This document shows positions 37,913 to 53,455 of a stretch of DNA of 64,000 nt, one piece after another. The DNA is from Octopus sinensis. Taxonomy: Eukaryota. Both the position numbers and the translations under genes were made by a program. Numbering within the stretch: the first letter of the stretch is position 1; every line of letters begins with the position of its first letter. The stretch covers positions 83,948,001 to 84,012,000 of the forward strand of contig NC_043004.1 of assembly GCF_006345805.1 (NCBI RefSeq), written 5' to 3'. The notes below the pieces were generated by a model. It was not told the origin of the DNA and searched no databases. It saw only the letters and a list, made by a program, of their open reading frames with translations.

Positions 37913-38348
37913 GGGGTTAATGCTTCTACTAAGCAATTGCAAACCGATGAGGTTACGTATATTTCTTTTTGTATAGTAAAAAATTTGTATGCTCCTCAGC
38001 TTCTCGTAGCAGGAAAAAAAACAAAGAGAATAGTCGATGATATTTTCGGTTACTGCTTAGAAAAGAATTAAAATTGTTTCATGCAATATTGTTCTTTCAC
38101 TGAAACCGTTTAAATAAAACAATTTGGCTACATAAACTACTGTGTGGAAATTTTTATCAACTAATTTTATGAATATGTTATGTGGTTAAAGTATGAAACA
38201 CCACTGTACTATAAATATATAATGAAGATACTTCAGGATTTTATTTCAACAGTTAAAATGATGAGATTATAAAAACAGAACGATAGTGTCTTTCTGCAAA
38301 CAAAAGTACACAAACAGATGCATATGTAGATATAGAAATATTGTATAC

Positions 38349-39490
38349 TACGATGGTGGGCTGAAAAGATCATAGGCTGACTATGAAGGTGTGATACTAG
38401 AGCTGTAAAATCTTGATTCCATTAATTCCACACCATACTATCATTAACTCTATTGTTTCGTTCTGGGTACGCTAAACTCTGACTGATGAAAGACGGTTTC
38501 AAATAGAGCTAATAAGGACCTCTCTTGAAAAAGGACAATATGTGGAATCGTGCTGTTATCAAGTATCCGCAGGAAAAAGGGTTTAGCTCCTTTGGGTATT
38601 CAATATTAGAAGACGTTGCTCCAGCTGTATCAACAATGTAAAAGTGGACAGCGGGATTTGTGATGGGAAGAGAGAATCTTGAAGATGACCCAAGTCCTGG
38701 ACGTCATGAAGTGGCACCACTGAAGAAAACATTTCCGTGTTCGAGACATAGTGATGACAAGCCATTTAGTATAAAGGAATTGGCTACTGCTATTAGCATA
38801 TCCCGTGAGAGAGTTGAAAATATTCGGCATTATTCGACACATGGTGTAAGTTTCTGCTTAGCGGGTATCACGTCTTGTGAGAACTGATCACAAGTGAACC
38901 AGGCTGATCATATCACAGCAAAATCTGACAGTGTTTGAGATAGATTCAGTTGGCTCACCAGAACATAGATTATGTTGTGTGCATCACTTTAAGCCATAAA
39001 GACAATTCACAAAGGTGGAAACATTCCTTCTTACCTGTTCCAAATAAGACCATGGTTGTTTCATCTGCAGGGACGGTGGTGGTCTCAGTTTTGGGGTATG
39101 CAAAATAGATTGTGCTTATTGACTATCTGCAGAGAGGCCATACCATCACTGGAGAGTAATATACCAACTTACTGAGACAGATATGGAAGGCTCTCAAGAC
39201 CAACCCATCTGTAAATCTGATGAAAGTTGTCTTATGTCATGAAGACAATGATTCCTCAAACATCCCTTTAGTTTCAATGGCACATGTGCATGACTGTACC
39301 GTTAGGCTGATTGATTACTCAACCTATTTTACTGATTTGTCCCCATCTGCCTATCCCCTTTTTCCTAACATTAAAGAACATTTCGCTGACAACAAATGCC
39401 ACGTATATGATGACGTTATATCTGATGTTAATGACTTTCTAGATCAATGGTCTGAAAGCCCTGAACTTCGTAACCATTGGTGCGTATGTT
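38349..39490 (+). mobile_element. Decayed mariner (Tc1/mariner) transposon, 3' end lost at a LINE junction
   Basis: Left end TA-CGATGGTGGGCTGAAAAG; GRENLEDDPSPGR (HTH region); LIDYL..GHTITGE; H.DN; YFTDLSPSAYPLF (variant of YSPDLAPSDY). Confidence 0.85.
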
Positions 39491-39494
39491 TCTA

Positions 39495-40395
39495 ATCTAT
39501 ATCAGCTTCTTTGCTATGGGCCACATACTTGCCATGCAGAGGCTTCTGTTCCCATCTGCTAGCTAATTTTTCATGTGCTTTTGTCCTTGCAATTAATTTT
39601 ATTTTGTTTGCAGCAGTCATTAGCGCATTTCCTTCAACCTGATCAATCTGGTAGGTATCTAAGAGGATCGGTAGCGAATCTTTGCTCTCTTTCAGAATAG
39701 AGTGAAGTATTTTCAGTCTTTCATGTTTTTCAACAAGTTTCGCATCCAATCGTTGGTTGCTTCAAGGTACTTGGCCAGTCGGATTGTGGTGGTTTTGTAC
39801 CTAAGTTCAAGCTTGATCAATCCTCGTCCTCCCTGTTCTCTGGAAAGGTAAAGATGATTCACGTCTGCCTTTGGATGGTGCATCTTATTACAAGTCAATA
39901 GCTTGCGGATTATTCTGTCAGTTTTCATTATTTCACTGGTATTCCAGTTAAGCACATAGAAGCTATAAAGTACAACTGGGACTGCTAAGGAATTTATAGC
40001 TAACACCTTATTATATGCATTCAGCTCAGACTTCAGGACTGCTCGAACTCTTCTATAACATTCATTCCTAACCTTCTCTTTCATGCTTGCATGCTGGATA
40101 CCAGAGCCTTCATTTATTCCTAGGTATTTATAGGCTTGTTCCAGCTCAAGTGCCTTTATTACTGTTTCGAAATCTAATACGATTGAACTAGACTTTACTA
40201 ATTTCCCTTTCTTAAAAGTGGCTTTGGCACACTTTTAAAGGTTAAACTTCATCCTGATACCATCACTGAATCCTTTCATAGTATGTAGTGATCCTTCAAG
40301 CTCTTCACCATCTTTGCCATATAGTTTTAAATCATCCATATAAAATAGATGACTTATTTACCTGTTGTAAATTTGTTCGCCATACTCTGTTCTAT
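39495..40395 (-). mobile_element. R4/Dong-like LINE internal fragment (RT to thumb)
   Basis: HLFYMDDLKL, YKYLGI, NKVLAINSLAVPV, HHPKADV..LYL.R..GGRGL, W..KPLHGKY. Confidence 0.88.
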
Positions 40396-40422
40396 TCAGT
40401 TCACATGAGAGTGGTATTAGTG

Positions 40423-40616
<194 letters not shown>

Positions 40617-41699
40617 GCGAGGACATCAATAAATTTTGATCATCCACATCATAGACATCTTCATAATCGTCGTCGTGGTCATAATCTTCATCACATTGAC
40701 GGTGTTGCATTGAGCATGTATCATTTAAGACCGAGATAATAAAAGTCTTATCTCTAGCGATAATATTTATTTTGTAATGCATGCTTCTTATGATGAAAAG
40801 TTCTTACTTATTGTTTGTTTTTTTAATGCTGTTTTTATCGTTGCTAGTGCTGAGAGATTTACCTTTGATCAGAAACGCATGAAGCAGTGACAGAAGAAAA
40901 GGTGAATGCACTCATAAATGCTCCGGCATCATATCGTTTAGATGCTCCAATCTGAAAATATATTTACAAACACTCATGCATACATGAGATTGTGTTTGTA
41001 AATGTGCGCGCATAGACATGCAAATATATATATTCACATAAGCACGTCATACGTATATATATATATATATATATATATACATACACTCACATACATATAA
41101 ATACACACAGACACGCACACATATAAGTGTGTGTATTCAAACGCGTAGGTGTAAAGCAATTTTTTGAATGAATATATTTTCCATATACGGAAAATCTAAG
41201 AATGTCTTTTCACACCGTTTCAGATTTAGTTAGCCGCTCATAGGTAAAACTTGCCATATATCCATCCCCAAAAGATATCATATATTATTATTACTTATAG
41301 TATAAAACAGCTGAAAATCTATATACCCAGTGTAAATACTTTTATCTGTAGCTTATCTAGGTGTCGATATTGGCTAAAGACAGATTATCTTGGAATACGT
41401 ACGAATGCTGTCGGGAATTTTAGATATTTACATTTGGAAACAAACCTCTATATAAATTTCTGCTATGTTTCTATCATTTATAATTGATAACTCTCAGTGA
41501 CTGATATGTACCAATGCATCATGCTATATCGGTTTTTTATCTAATTTTATGTGGCACATTTACGGTGGTGATGCGATTATATGTTTTATATGGCATGATT
41601 CGTAAATATAAAGCCAGTGATAAATCTTTTGGTGATACAAACATCTTCAAAATTTAGGTAGCAATTTTTATTTATAATCACAACCAGGGAAAGGACGGC

Positions 41700-42010
41700 A
41701 CAATGGGGTATGTAGTTCTAGGTAAATATAAACATGACAAAGAAAAGTGGGTATAAAGTTTATGACAATCAATTTACTTCATCATAAGGCTTCTCAGTTG
41801 GCAGCGACCTGAACTCAGAGCCGTCTGCAAAATTTAGCAGGCAAATTTTATTTAAACCCATAACCTAAGGAGGTAACTAAAATACATCTCAATGGCGAAT
41901 GTAGTTGAATGTAAATTTAAACCTAGCAAAGAAAAATGGGTATATAGTTTATGACTCGTACTTCACTTGATTATAAGGCTGCGCTATGAATGGGAAGTGA
42001 CCTGAGCTTA
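41700..42010. repeat. Old tandem duplication, period about 189 bp
   Basis: aatgg...atgtagtt...gtaaat...caaagaaaa.tgggtata.agtttatgac...ataaggct...gacctga at about 41702 and 41891. Confidence 0.7.
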
Positions 42011-42842
42011 AATAACAAATACACTTTGACCCATCTGCTTCGATTTTCATCCACTGTACTTATTTACATTAAACATTGTTTCACCTAGCCTTAGGAAAAA
42101 AGTACTTGTGTCGTTACTTCATTCCTATATTTATTTACACTCAGAGAAATTTAACGTCTGTGTTGAAGCATTCAAATAACAATTCCAATAACATTATGAA
42201 TAGACGTGGGAGAATATAAATCATACAGTTTACAAGCACATTAAAAAAACTTACGCTCCGGCTATATTAATACACCTTCATATTTGCTTTTATTGACCTG
42301 CTAACTTCCGATGCAGACACCAACCATTCGTTTTTCCGATATGGCTCGAGAGATCATATTTTACTTAAAACTATTCTCGGCGATGCACATCAATACTTGA
42401 TATAACGCAGTTATTTTCTAACCGTAAATCGCAATTTCATAGATATTTCAAAGTGTGATAGATATGGAAGATATACCATATCTGTTCTTAAACTTATATG
42501 ATATATAATCTTATTTCTATCTTACTGCATTCTCCAGCTTTATTGATATTGATTTTCTAAGGAGGTAAGATATTAATTACCTCTACTTTAAAAACGTAGT
42601 GTTGTTATCTTCAACTAAAAGTGCATTATACAATTCTGAATATTGCTTTTAGGTGGATACGTGATACAAACAAGGGGATGTTTATAAATCTAGTTCTCTG
42701 TTACATTACAGTTTGTTTACTTTCATGTTATATTTTGTTATTTCTGCAGTTAATGCATGTGCATATGTATGTATGTGTGCTGCGTGTGCGTACGTCTGTG
42801 TGTCTGTATGTGTGTTATATATATTTATATATATATATATAG

Positions 42843-43042
42843 TTACGCAGATGTATTTGCATAGCTAGTGTCCTAATCTCAGTTCGTGTGCTGAAACAAA
42901 AACAATTACAGCGTGGAAGGTATTGTAAGCAATTTAAAATCACACAAAAACCGTAAGATTCACTTCAACATTTAAATTTCATTTGCCAAAATGTTTACGC
43001 CGTTTTGAGGCCGCAACCTGATCACTGACAAAATTCCGTGCA
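42843..43042 (-). repeat. Dispersed repeat, copy 2 of the 235-437 family
   Basis: Shares cacacaaaaac.gt.agattcacttcaacatttaaattt...tcactgacaaaattccg. Confidence 0.8.
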
Positions 43043-43374
43043 ACACGTAATATATATAAATGCATGTATTGGTATTTATAGAAACACACACATACAGACA
43101 CACACACACACACACACACATACTTTTGTCCCTATATTTGGCCTGTTTTGTTATATTCAATTTGCGTACGTTCGGTAAATTACGCAACAAAACTCAGCGA
43201 TATATCCTGCATTTACATCCCTCATTATAGTTTCCGCGATCAATCTCGTTCGCCACGATCTTCTCCATCAAAGCCACCACTACTATCAATATCTCGAAAC
43301 AACAGCAACAACACGCATTCTCCAACATCACCACACCAATACCAATCTTACTAGAATATTTATCGACATCATTT

Positions 43375-43451
43375 TCATCATCATTACCTTGATCATCATC
43401 GACATCCTCATCACTACCACCGCCACCACCATCATCATCATCATCACCACC

Positions 43452-43509
<58 letters not shown>

Positions 43510-43756
43510 CTATCATCATCACCACCATCATCATCATCATCATCACCACCACCATCATCATCATCATCGTCATCATCGTCATCGTCATCATGGTCATGGT
43601 CATCATCATCTTCACCGCCACCACCATCATCATCATCATCATCGTCATCATCATCATCATCATCATCGTCATCATCGTCATCATGGTCATTGTCATGATC
43701 ATCATCACCACCACCACCATCATCATCATCATCGTCATCATGGTTATCGCCATCGT

Positions 43757-43787
<31 letters not shown>

Positions 43788-43792
43788 AGCAC

Positions 43793-43881
<89 letters not shown>

Positions 43882-43920
43882 CCATCAACAACACCAACAA
43901 CAACAACAACAACAACAACA
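43375..43920. repeat. Long compound (CAT)n/(CAC)n/(CAA)n microsatellite
   Basis: Seen directly; source of the poly-D, poly-M and poly-I ORFs. Confidence 0.97.
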
Positions 43921-44269
43921 ATATCGTTATAGTGGTTACAAAGCAACAACATCGATACTATGATCGCCATCAACATTCCACACATCGCTTCCGAAGCCAT
44001 GTATGTTTGCCAAATATTAACTACATCATTATTAACGACAATATTCCTTGTACAAATTAGAAACAACGGCATTTTTCATAACAGATTCCTTGATGATATT
44101 CATTGCCATAAGTATGTATCTGCTCTTGCAAAGCACTTAAATAGCGTGTATATATTTAACAGCGTTTAGAGTATAAACCACTCAAACAGAAAGAAGAAAA
44201 AAAAAACTTATCGATCTCTTCATTTGCAATATACGTTCTTTAAGAATTATTTCATTGCACTTCAAAAGT

Positions 44270-44270
44270 T

Positions 44271-44304
<34 letters not shown>

Positions 44305-44362
44305 TATATATACGCATATACATATGCATATACTTATACATACATATATATATATATATACG

Positions 44363-44408
<46 letters not shown>

Positions 44409-44477
44409 GCATACATGTATATATATACACACACACACATATATATATACATATACATATATATTTATATATATATG

Positions 44478-44547
<70 letters not shown>

Positions 44548-44560
44548 GTATATGTATATA

Positions 44561-44599
<39 letters not shown>

Positions 44600-44630
44600 T
44601 ATATATGTATGTACATATACATATATATAC
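44270..44630. repeat. (TA)n-rich microsatellite, one of many such tracts in the window
   Basis: Seen directly. Confidence 0.95.
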
Positions 44631-45309
44631 ACACACAAACACGCACGGGCGTGTGTGTGTACTTCATAATTACAGAAGCTTGTATATTACTTTACATTGA
44701 TGCAATTAATTTCTAATTAATCATGAGATACTTTCTGGATAAACAAGTTAAAATTTTAGTTTGGACATATCCGGGATTTATTGCCTAAGTAAATGCGAGC
44801 CAGAATGTTAAATGTTTAACATGATAAGGAGTTTGATTTATGTGAAACCCACAAATAATACGTATTCGTCTTATCCTGCTTAAATATTCAACTGAAACAT
44901 CCATATTCTGTTCGCCATCAAATTTTAACTTGGGATTGTTTAATAATTCTTCGTTCTTAAGCGAAACGCCAGCTGTCATTGCATGAGTTCGAAATATAAT
45001 TCAGCTTTCATTTACAAATGCATCACATGGAACTTGTAGTCTTTGATTTCTCATCTCACAGCTGTCAATTTGATCCCACAATTATGTGGTAAATATTAAT
45101 TTCAGTAGAAGATATTTCGTGTAAAACAAAATTTTCATTTGCTATTCATGATTTCCTTCTGATCTATTTCCTGTTTAAAAAACCGCTATTACTGAACTTA
45201 TAAACGATAGTTACATCAGAACTAGTATTCAACGTATTGTTTCCGATATTAGAAAATTACTATTTTTAAATCTCACAACGTGAGATATTCAGCAACAGTA
45301 CTTTGTAGT

Positions 45310-45607
45310 AAAGATTCTTTGCCAACATAACATGGCAGTCCTGGTTTAGGACGAATGTTGTTGTAATTTAGCCACAAGAGACATCGTCTCCAGCTGGCTA
45401 TACCACACGATCAGTGTCCTATGTTTGCGAACAATAGAATCTAGGACCCCCCCCACTCAGCTAAAATCAATATCTGTGTATTACGGTTTCCGGGTTATAA
45501 TACATATCGTGTCGCATAGCCAGCTGGAGACGATGTCTTCTGGTGCTAAATTACAGCAACAGTCTTCCTAAAGCAGGACTACCATGTTATGTTGACAAAC
45601 AATCTTT
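45310..45607. mobile_element. Fold-back or MITE-like element with about 100-bp inverted arms
   Basis: aaagatt...caacataacatggcagtcctg...catcgtctccagctggctat..cacgat is mirrored by atcgtg..atagccagctggagacgatg...caggactaccatgttatgttg...aatcttt. Confidence 0.85.
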
Positions 45608-46153
45608 GTTTCCGATATGTTTTGTGCTATTGTATGTTTGATGTTTAATTTTGAATTCATATATCAAGTGGAATGAAAATTTCATTTCTAGTCGAACGCA
45701 ACCACATAATAAAGATTATGCAAGATATATTATTATCTCTTTTTTAAAATGCAGCAAAACATCCATTGTTTATGAACGTATATTGGTGTCCATGTAATAT
45801 TATGCGTTCCAATATTGAAATCCTAGGTAGATACTACATATTTAATTGTAAAAATGATTCATAGATTTCGAGAAGTAAAAAATATTAATCAGTCTCAGCT
45901 ATAATCCATTAATAACAAACTAAAATACGAGGAGAGATTATCCTCTAGTGGAAGAAGACTCATACGTTTTACTTTCCAGAATCTATAGCTTGAAAATATA
46001 CGTTGAAAGATACACGTGAACATTTTAGGTCTTGTACCCTCTTTGCCGAATAAGTAATAGGGTACAAGAGAAATTATACATAATATAATGTAATTTTATA
46101 CATATTATGTTCAATCTCATTCCCAGTGCATTATCACCATCATCATCATGAAT

Positions 46154-46192
<39 letters not shown>

Positions 46193-46244
46193 GTCGTCGT
46201 CGTCGTCGTGTCGTCGTCGTAATCAGCGTCATCATTATCATCGT

Positions 46245-46275
<31 letters not shown>

Positions 46276-46619
46276 ATCATCATCATCGTCGTCGTCATCG
46301 TTCGTGTCATAATTATCATCGCCATCATCATCCACATCTACCTCCTCCTCCTCATCATATTCATCATCATCGTCATCATCGTCGTCGTCCGCGTCATCAT
46401 TATCATCGTCGTCATCATCATCCTCATCATCATCATCCTCATCCTCATCCTCATCCTCATCATCATTTATTCACTTGAGAGGAAGCAATCCTCGAAGGGT
46501 GAAGCGGGATGGAAGATGCTTGCATTGCATTTGTCGTATATTACCACTTGAGTGTCATACTTTGCCTTGACTTGTGGCTGATCAAACTGGGGTGCAAGCA
46601 ACCTCCGTTTCTTTTGGAA

Positions 46620-46790
46620 GCGGCATTTCGTCCGCCTTGACGTCCTGAGTTCAAATTCCGCCGAGGTCAACTTTGTTCTTCACCCTTCCGAGTTCGATAA
46701 ATTAAGTACTATATGAAAATTGAGGTCGATGAAATCAACTAGTCCCATCAGCCAATTCCAGGCCTTGTGAGTTTAGTAGAAAGGATTATA
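46620..46790 (+). mobile_element. Family B SINE, 5'-truncated
   Basis: ctgagttcaaattccgccgaggtcaactttg...tagtagaaaggattat. Confidence 0.75.
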
Positions 46791-46816
46791 TTACCATTGT
46801 AGTAGTAGTAGTAGTT

Positions 46817-46860
<44 letters not shown>

Positions 46861-47322
46861 GGTGGTGGTGGTAATAGTAGTAGTAGTAATTTAGAACAAA
46901 ACAATTTTCAAAACAAACTTTAAGTCAAAACAAAACCTCATACAAATACGTAAATTTACAGAGGGAGTGTTTCCAGTTGAATAAATTGAAAACTAAAGAA
47001 AAAAGATGTTTACGAAACTTTAAGATGGGAAATGTGAACACCACTGTGTATTCTACTCACAAAATTCGAAATGTATGGATTGTGATATGTAAATAACATT
47101 TTAAGAATAACAATTTCTTCTCTATAAACATTTTGATTGACAGATACATCCGAAAACATATTTGAATAAATACAAAACATGCATTCGTAAACGGAAGCCG
47201 ATCTTTATAGAGGTTTAAAATGATAGCATGCAGAATCACGAAGTTTCGCACAGTAAAATATGGACGATTCTGTAGACCGAATTACATACAAAACACACGC
47301 GCATAGACACTCATGTACACGT

Positions 47323-47397
<75 letters not shown>

Positions 47398-47489
47398 AAG
47401 GGCTACTGTCAGTTTCTCTGTACAAAATCAACTTACAACGATTTGGTCGCCTCGAGATCATAGTAAAAGTCAGCCAAGTTCCCATAGAG

Positions 47490-49125
47490 TGGGGGAAAAT
47501 CGAGAATCTGTAAATCACGACCGGTATGGCTAAAGAATTGATTACATTGATCCTGTTTCTTGCATTTAGCTCTGTCTTGGGTATTGCCCTTACCCTGCGA
47601 TAACATTATTTTCTGCTCTTTTCCTCCCAGGCATTTGTAGCTCTCTGCTTGTTCTAACTCCTTTGTGACATTCTTTTGGCCAAGATTGTAGGTTTTGCAC
47701 ATTCATCCAGGCTAAATTCCATCCTGATGTCATCACTTTACTGTTTAACAGTTGTTAGACATTTTTTGCAAAGAGCGTTAAATCGTCCATGTAAAAGAGA
47801 TGGTTTAAATTTTTATAAAAATTTGTAGACATATTTTACATCATCGAGTAATTTCGAAAGAGGTATTAAAGCTAGACAAAACAGGAGTGGTGATAGAGAG
47901 TCACCCTGGAAAATGCCACATAGAATTGTAACATCTTCAGCATTGAAAGACAAATTGTCACTGTTCAAAGTCAGTGTGGTTCTCCAAAATCCAATACTTA
48001 TAGATAAAAAGTTTCCCAGAGTAGGTGCTAGTTAATATATTTCCAAACATTTCTTAATCCATCTATGTGGTACAGTACTAAAAGCTTTTTTATATTCTAT
48101 CCAGGCTATCGACAAGTTATTGTGTTGTTTGTGTCAATCTTCCAAGATCATCTTATTGGTGAGTAACTGATCTTTATAACCATAGAACTTACGTTTACAA
48201 CCTTTTTGTTCATTAGGGGAGATGCCACTTTGTATTTAAAAAAAAACTATACGTGTATTCACACAAGGCAGATGCTAGGATTGCATGTTTTGGGTTATCA
48301 AATATTTGGTTCGTTTGTTTCTTCATTTTTTTTGGAAGTAAAATAGTAGCACCATTAATTAGCGAAGAAAAATTCGTACTAGGTTACTGCAAAACAATCT
48401 TGTTGCAAAGTTTTGTTATCAGCTCATGACTCTCTGGGAAAGCATCCAACCAGAAGTTAGGAATTTTACCCTTTCCTGAAGTATTCCATTTGCTTCATTT
48501 CCTGTAACTATATATTATACCTTCTCCCTTGAAACCCTCTCACTTTTGCTCCTCTAAGGAGTCTAATTTATTGTGCATTTTTTCTTCTGCCCTAATTTTA
48601 TTCCAAAATCCATTCACATATTCTTTTGTTGGGACACAATTTTCTGCAACTGGTATTTTCCGTATCATCCTGTAAATTAACATGGGGTTATACTTGCCAA
48701 ACTAGCGAGCTTTTCATATCTTTTTTATGAGAGTAGCTTTAAGCAGATACATTTTGTTTCATAGTTTCTAGGGTGGCATCAAGGTCATATGGTTTTCATA
48801 TTATAAATTCAATTTAATTTACGGATTTTTGTTGGTTTGATATTCTTGTTAAACTTAAGGATTTTCAGACATTCTATGTCTGTTCTCAGTAACTGAATTT
48901 GTTGTTGGATACGCTCTTGCCAAGAAAGCTTTTTGTGAGTGCGTTGTAATGTTCTAATCTTTCCACCACACAGAATCGTTGAGATCTTAGGAGATGCATA
49001 GTATCTTTGTCATCAACATCATTAGCTGAAATTATATCTTTCAGTGCAAGGCGGTTTATACCAATTACTTTCAGATTTTGGTTAGAGTTTTCGTAGGGTG
49101 TTACGTTCATTTTAACTGGTTTCTT
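47490..49125 (-). mobile_element. Decayed R4/Dong-like LINE, RT region
   Basis: NFWLDAF, G.YG.KDQLL.NKMILE, IAWI..KKAF, GIFQGDSLSPLLFCL, HLFYMD, YK.LG. Confidence 0.85.
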
Positions 49126-49129
49126 TAAT

Positions 49130-49140
49130 CATCATCATCC

Positions 49141-49188
<48 letters not shown>

Positions 49189-49216
49189 CCATCATTATTA
49201 TTATTATTATTAATAA

Positions 49217-49251
<35 letters not shown>

Positions 49252-49860
49252 ATAGTAGTAGTAGTAGTAGTGGTAGCAAGTGATTTTCCGTTTATGTAGT
49301 CATACGAATTGTATTCTTAGTAGTATTCATAATAAAAATGATCAAAACAACTGCACAATAAGCTACTGTTTCTAATACTACTACTGCCGCTGATGCTACT
49401 ACAACTACTGTTACTACTACTACTAGTACTAATGCTGCTGCTGCTACTACTGATACTACTGCCACTGCCACTACTACTACTAGAACTGCTACTCCTACTA
49501 CTACTACTGCTGCTACTACTACTAATACTACTGGTGCTGCCACTACTACTACCACGACCAACACCACTGCACTACTACACTACGCTACTACTACTACAGA
49601 AGAAAGAATAAGAAGAAGAAGTGAGGGAGGAGGAGAATAAGAAGAAGTAAGAAGGAGAATGATGAGAAGAAGAAGAATAAGAAGAAGAATGAAGAGAAGA
49701 AGAAGGAGAGAAAAAGAATACAAGAATAAAAGAAGAAGGAGAATAAGAAGAAGAAGAAGAAGAAGGAAAAGAAGAAGAAGAAGAAGAGAAGAAGAATAGA
49801 GAAGAATAAGAAGAATAAGAGAAGAAGAAGAAGACGAAGAAGAAGAAGAAGAAGAAGAAT
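49130..49860. repeat. Compound (CAT)/(TAG)/(CTA)/(GAA) microsatellite field
   Basis: Seen directly. Confidence 0.9.
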
Positions 49861-52487
49861 AAGAAGATTCCTGATATTTTTGGGTGCTTTCCAGTGTTTC
49901 TACGTTTTTCCAATCTTTATCACCTCACTGAATTTTAGTATCCACAGATTCTTTTCTAAAACTCTTTTATAGCCTGATTTTTTATTCTTATCGATTTGTA
50001 TTATCGATAACGCATTAGATCGCTATGATTTTATATAGATTTGCATTTTGTATATTGGGAGCTACCATTAAAATATTCAGTTCAGGGATATAATAGTAAT
50101 GCAAAAATATCCACTCAGTATCACATGCGCACAAACCGTGAAAATGGTGATACGTATACATTCATACGATCGCACAGACACACACACACACACACACACA
50201 CACGCATATATTTATGTATGTATGTATGTATCTATGAGTTGAGTTTCTGATAAGAGTAAAAACATATTCACGGGGTATGTATGCGAAACTTTATTAGGAC
50301 AAACATGAATTCATTGTTTGAATTGTATTGACGTACATAAAAACAGATGTGTGCATATCAAAGTACAAGCACATATGTATATATGTGTGTGAAAGTGTGA
50401 ATAAACATATGCATTCCTATATGTGTACGAAAATGTGTATATGTTGCATACACTTTCATATATGTACCGTCGCACACATACAAAATACACTCACCATACA
50501 AAGTGATAATATATACGTATGTATATAATGTTAGTGTATGTATCTATATAATATTATATATATATATATATGTATAATATATATATAATATTATATATAT
50601 ATATAATATATATTATATATATATGTGTGTGTGTGTGTATGTATGCATGTATATAATTGGGCGTGCATGTCTGTATCATATAAGACTACAAATCAATATT
50701 TATATGTGTTTATATGTATACATAAATGCGAGAAACATACCATATGTATACTTCCGTGGGTGTGTATGCATGTATGCGCTTGTGAATTCATCCATATCTG
50801 AGTATATGTAACTCTTTCAGTTCTTATAGTGAATGAAGAGCCTCTGTAATGCAACACAGCTTTGAATTCGTTCGTCCGACCACGATAACAGTTTTTAGGA
50901 GCATACATATAAAAATAGATTTTAAGCAATGTGATACACATACCTTCTCACATGCTCTCAAAAACAAAATCACAAAGATGCTTGCCTACATACGGACATA
51001 CACACACACATATGTATGCATATATATGCGGGCGAAGACGTCCGTTTGCTACTCATTATAGATTTACGTAATTCCTAACAACTGTATTGTTTACCCCGTT
51101 GATATTATTTGCAATACTTGCCCTAAACTTGAACATTATGATACCTTTGGCTTGAGCATTCACTTCTAGGATATGGTAGTGAATGGAACATTGTAATCAT
51201 TCTGGTATTCAGTGTGTTTATATTTGTTTATGTGTGCTGCGAGTGTGTGTGTATCTGTGTTTGTGTTGTGTGTGTGTATCTTATTGTGGAAACCCTTTGC
51301 CTTCATCTGCCTAGGCCTATAATACCTGCAGGAGATAAATCCCTGACCACAGGGAAATGTCATCAATGCAGAAAAGTGCAAACCTCTTTCCGATTACATT
51401 TCTAACCGTGACAGATATTAGAAATGTTATTCTAATTTTACATGCATACAAATTTTACATACATATAACAATTATTAAAATTATATTTTATATTATGTAG
51501 ATTCTCTCCTACAAACAGAACAACGGCCAAATGTATTAGTTATGCGAAACAAATGTGTTTTTAACAATAGATAATTTAATTGAGGAAATCTGAAATTCTT
51601 AAAACAAGAAGATAGCTCATATATACCAGTTTAAGTAAATGGGTAAAACTAGTTTGGATAGGAAAGATTGATGACATCAGGAAAACTCATTAATTTGAAC
51701 AAATTAGCGGCAAAGTATCAGGCATTTATACATAAAGTCTATTAAAATGTAGTGAATATAAAATATCTCCTGATAAACGGCAAATTACACGATTACAGCC
51801 AATAAATATACTTCATTTGAACAACTATATTAAAGTAATTAAGATGCAAACATTAAAACTGAATTTCATGATTCTTAGAGATACTGTGTAATAAAAGTAT
51901 GAAATTTTGTCAGCCAACGAGGCCTTCGTCGACTTCAGGGAACCACTAAATGAAATTATATTATACAGTATCACAAATATGAATTTATTGAAATATGAAC
52001 TAAATAGCTAATATTATTCTTCTACTTATTCATTGGACTACCTCCAAGAATATAGTGAATAGTTGTTTTTTTTTTAACGTCTGTTGCTCATTGTATTAGA
52101 GGATTTTAGCTATAATGTTAGAATACTGGTACGTAAATAAACAACAACTGTCAAGAACAAGGAGAAACTAACACAGTCACATCTACGCGTATTATTTGTA
52201 ATTGTTTCACTCAAGTGCACATATAGCGATAAATAATAGCATGTAGATTTTGGGCGGAAAACACTTTGGACACAAAAAAAAATTGGAAGGCTTTACTTAC
52301 TAAATGTTTAATGGTTTATATTTGCTTCGATTCCGCTAGTTCGAAAAAGAATTATTCCATGTAGAGGACGAAATCACAAAACAATACATAAATACATATA
52401 TATATATATATATATATATAATATCATATGTCTACCGCTCTTGGTTCCTCTGTATATCTCTCTCTCTCTCTCACTGAATATATATAT

Positions 52488-52526
<39 letters not shown>

Positions 52527-53413
52527 TTCGAAGATTGAATAAAAGGAGTGCAATGGGGAAAATTAGCAAAAACCTTATATATTGTTATTAATCCAACCAA
52601 GGGGAAGACTAGTAGAAATGATTTTGTAAACGCGCACATAATTTATTAGAAATAATTAGAATTTAATTAGATTTTAAAATATAAGATTACATGTGACGGA
52701 TTTTATAAGAGATTTGTCAAAGTGTATACTGTAAGGTATTTTGCCACGAATGTCTCTTCTGACCGCGTTTATAAAAATAGCTTGTTTCTAAGTCAACAAT
52801 TAATCTCAGGAGATTATCCATTTTAATAGAAATTTATTAGTCAATGATCATCCATTTACTCGAGTAGTATTTGCTAATCTGGTGCTACATTAGAAAATAT
52901 TTCCGAGACGACGTGTAATGGAACCTTTTAACCGTACAGCTATGCCCCATAACCTTCTGTGTGTCGTTTAGCCTGTTGTCTTTTCTGGAATGAAATTGTT
53001 AATACATTTTCATAATATGACTCTGGGCAGTAAGTCTAGGTATTGTCTAAGCTGCTTGCAGACCCTTAAGAACCCACACAAACAGGTTTTCTACCTTAAC
53101 AACCAACTTATGGCATCGAATCAAGATTCGATTCAGTTATCTCAATCAGATATGCAGAAAAATAGTATCCTAATTGCATTTATTTTATTGCTACGAATGC
53201 AATAAAAACACGTCGAAGCATTTTAAAATTGCGCGCTGTTTGTGTGACTTCTTTTAAATGGAGCGCAACTCACATTGTTTCATGAGACGTTGGCACCGGT
53301 TACCAGGCTTCAAACCATTAGAAATATCAGCTTAAACCGCTTCTGCCTGCTATACATATTTTACTTTCTTTCCTTCTCTTTTTTCTTTCTTTTATCTCTC
53401 TGTTTCTTTCTTC

Positions 53414-53455
<42 letters not shown>

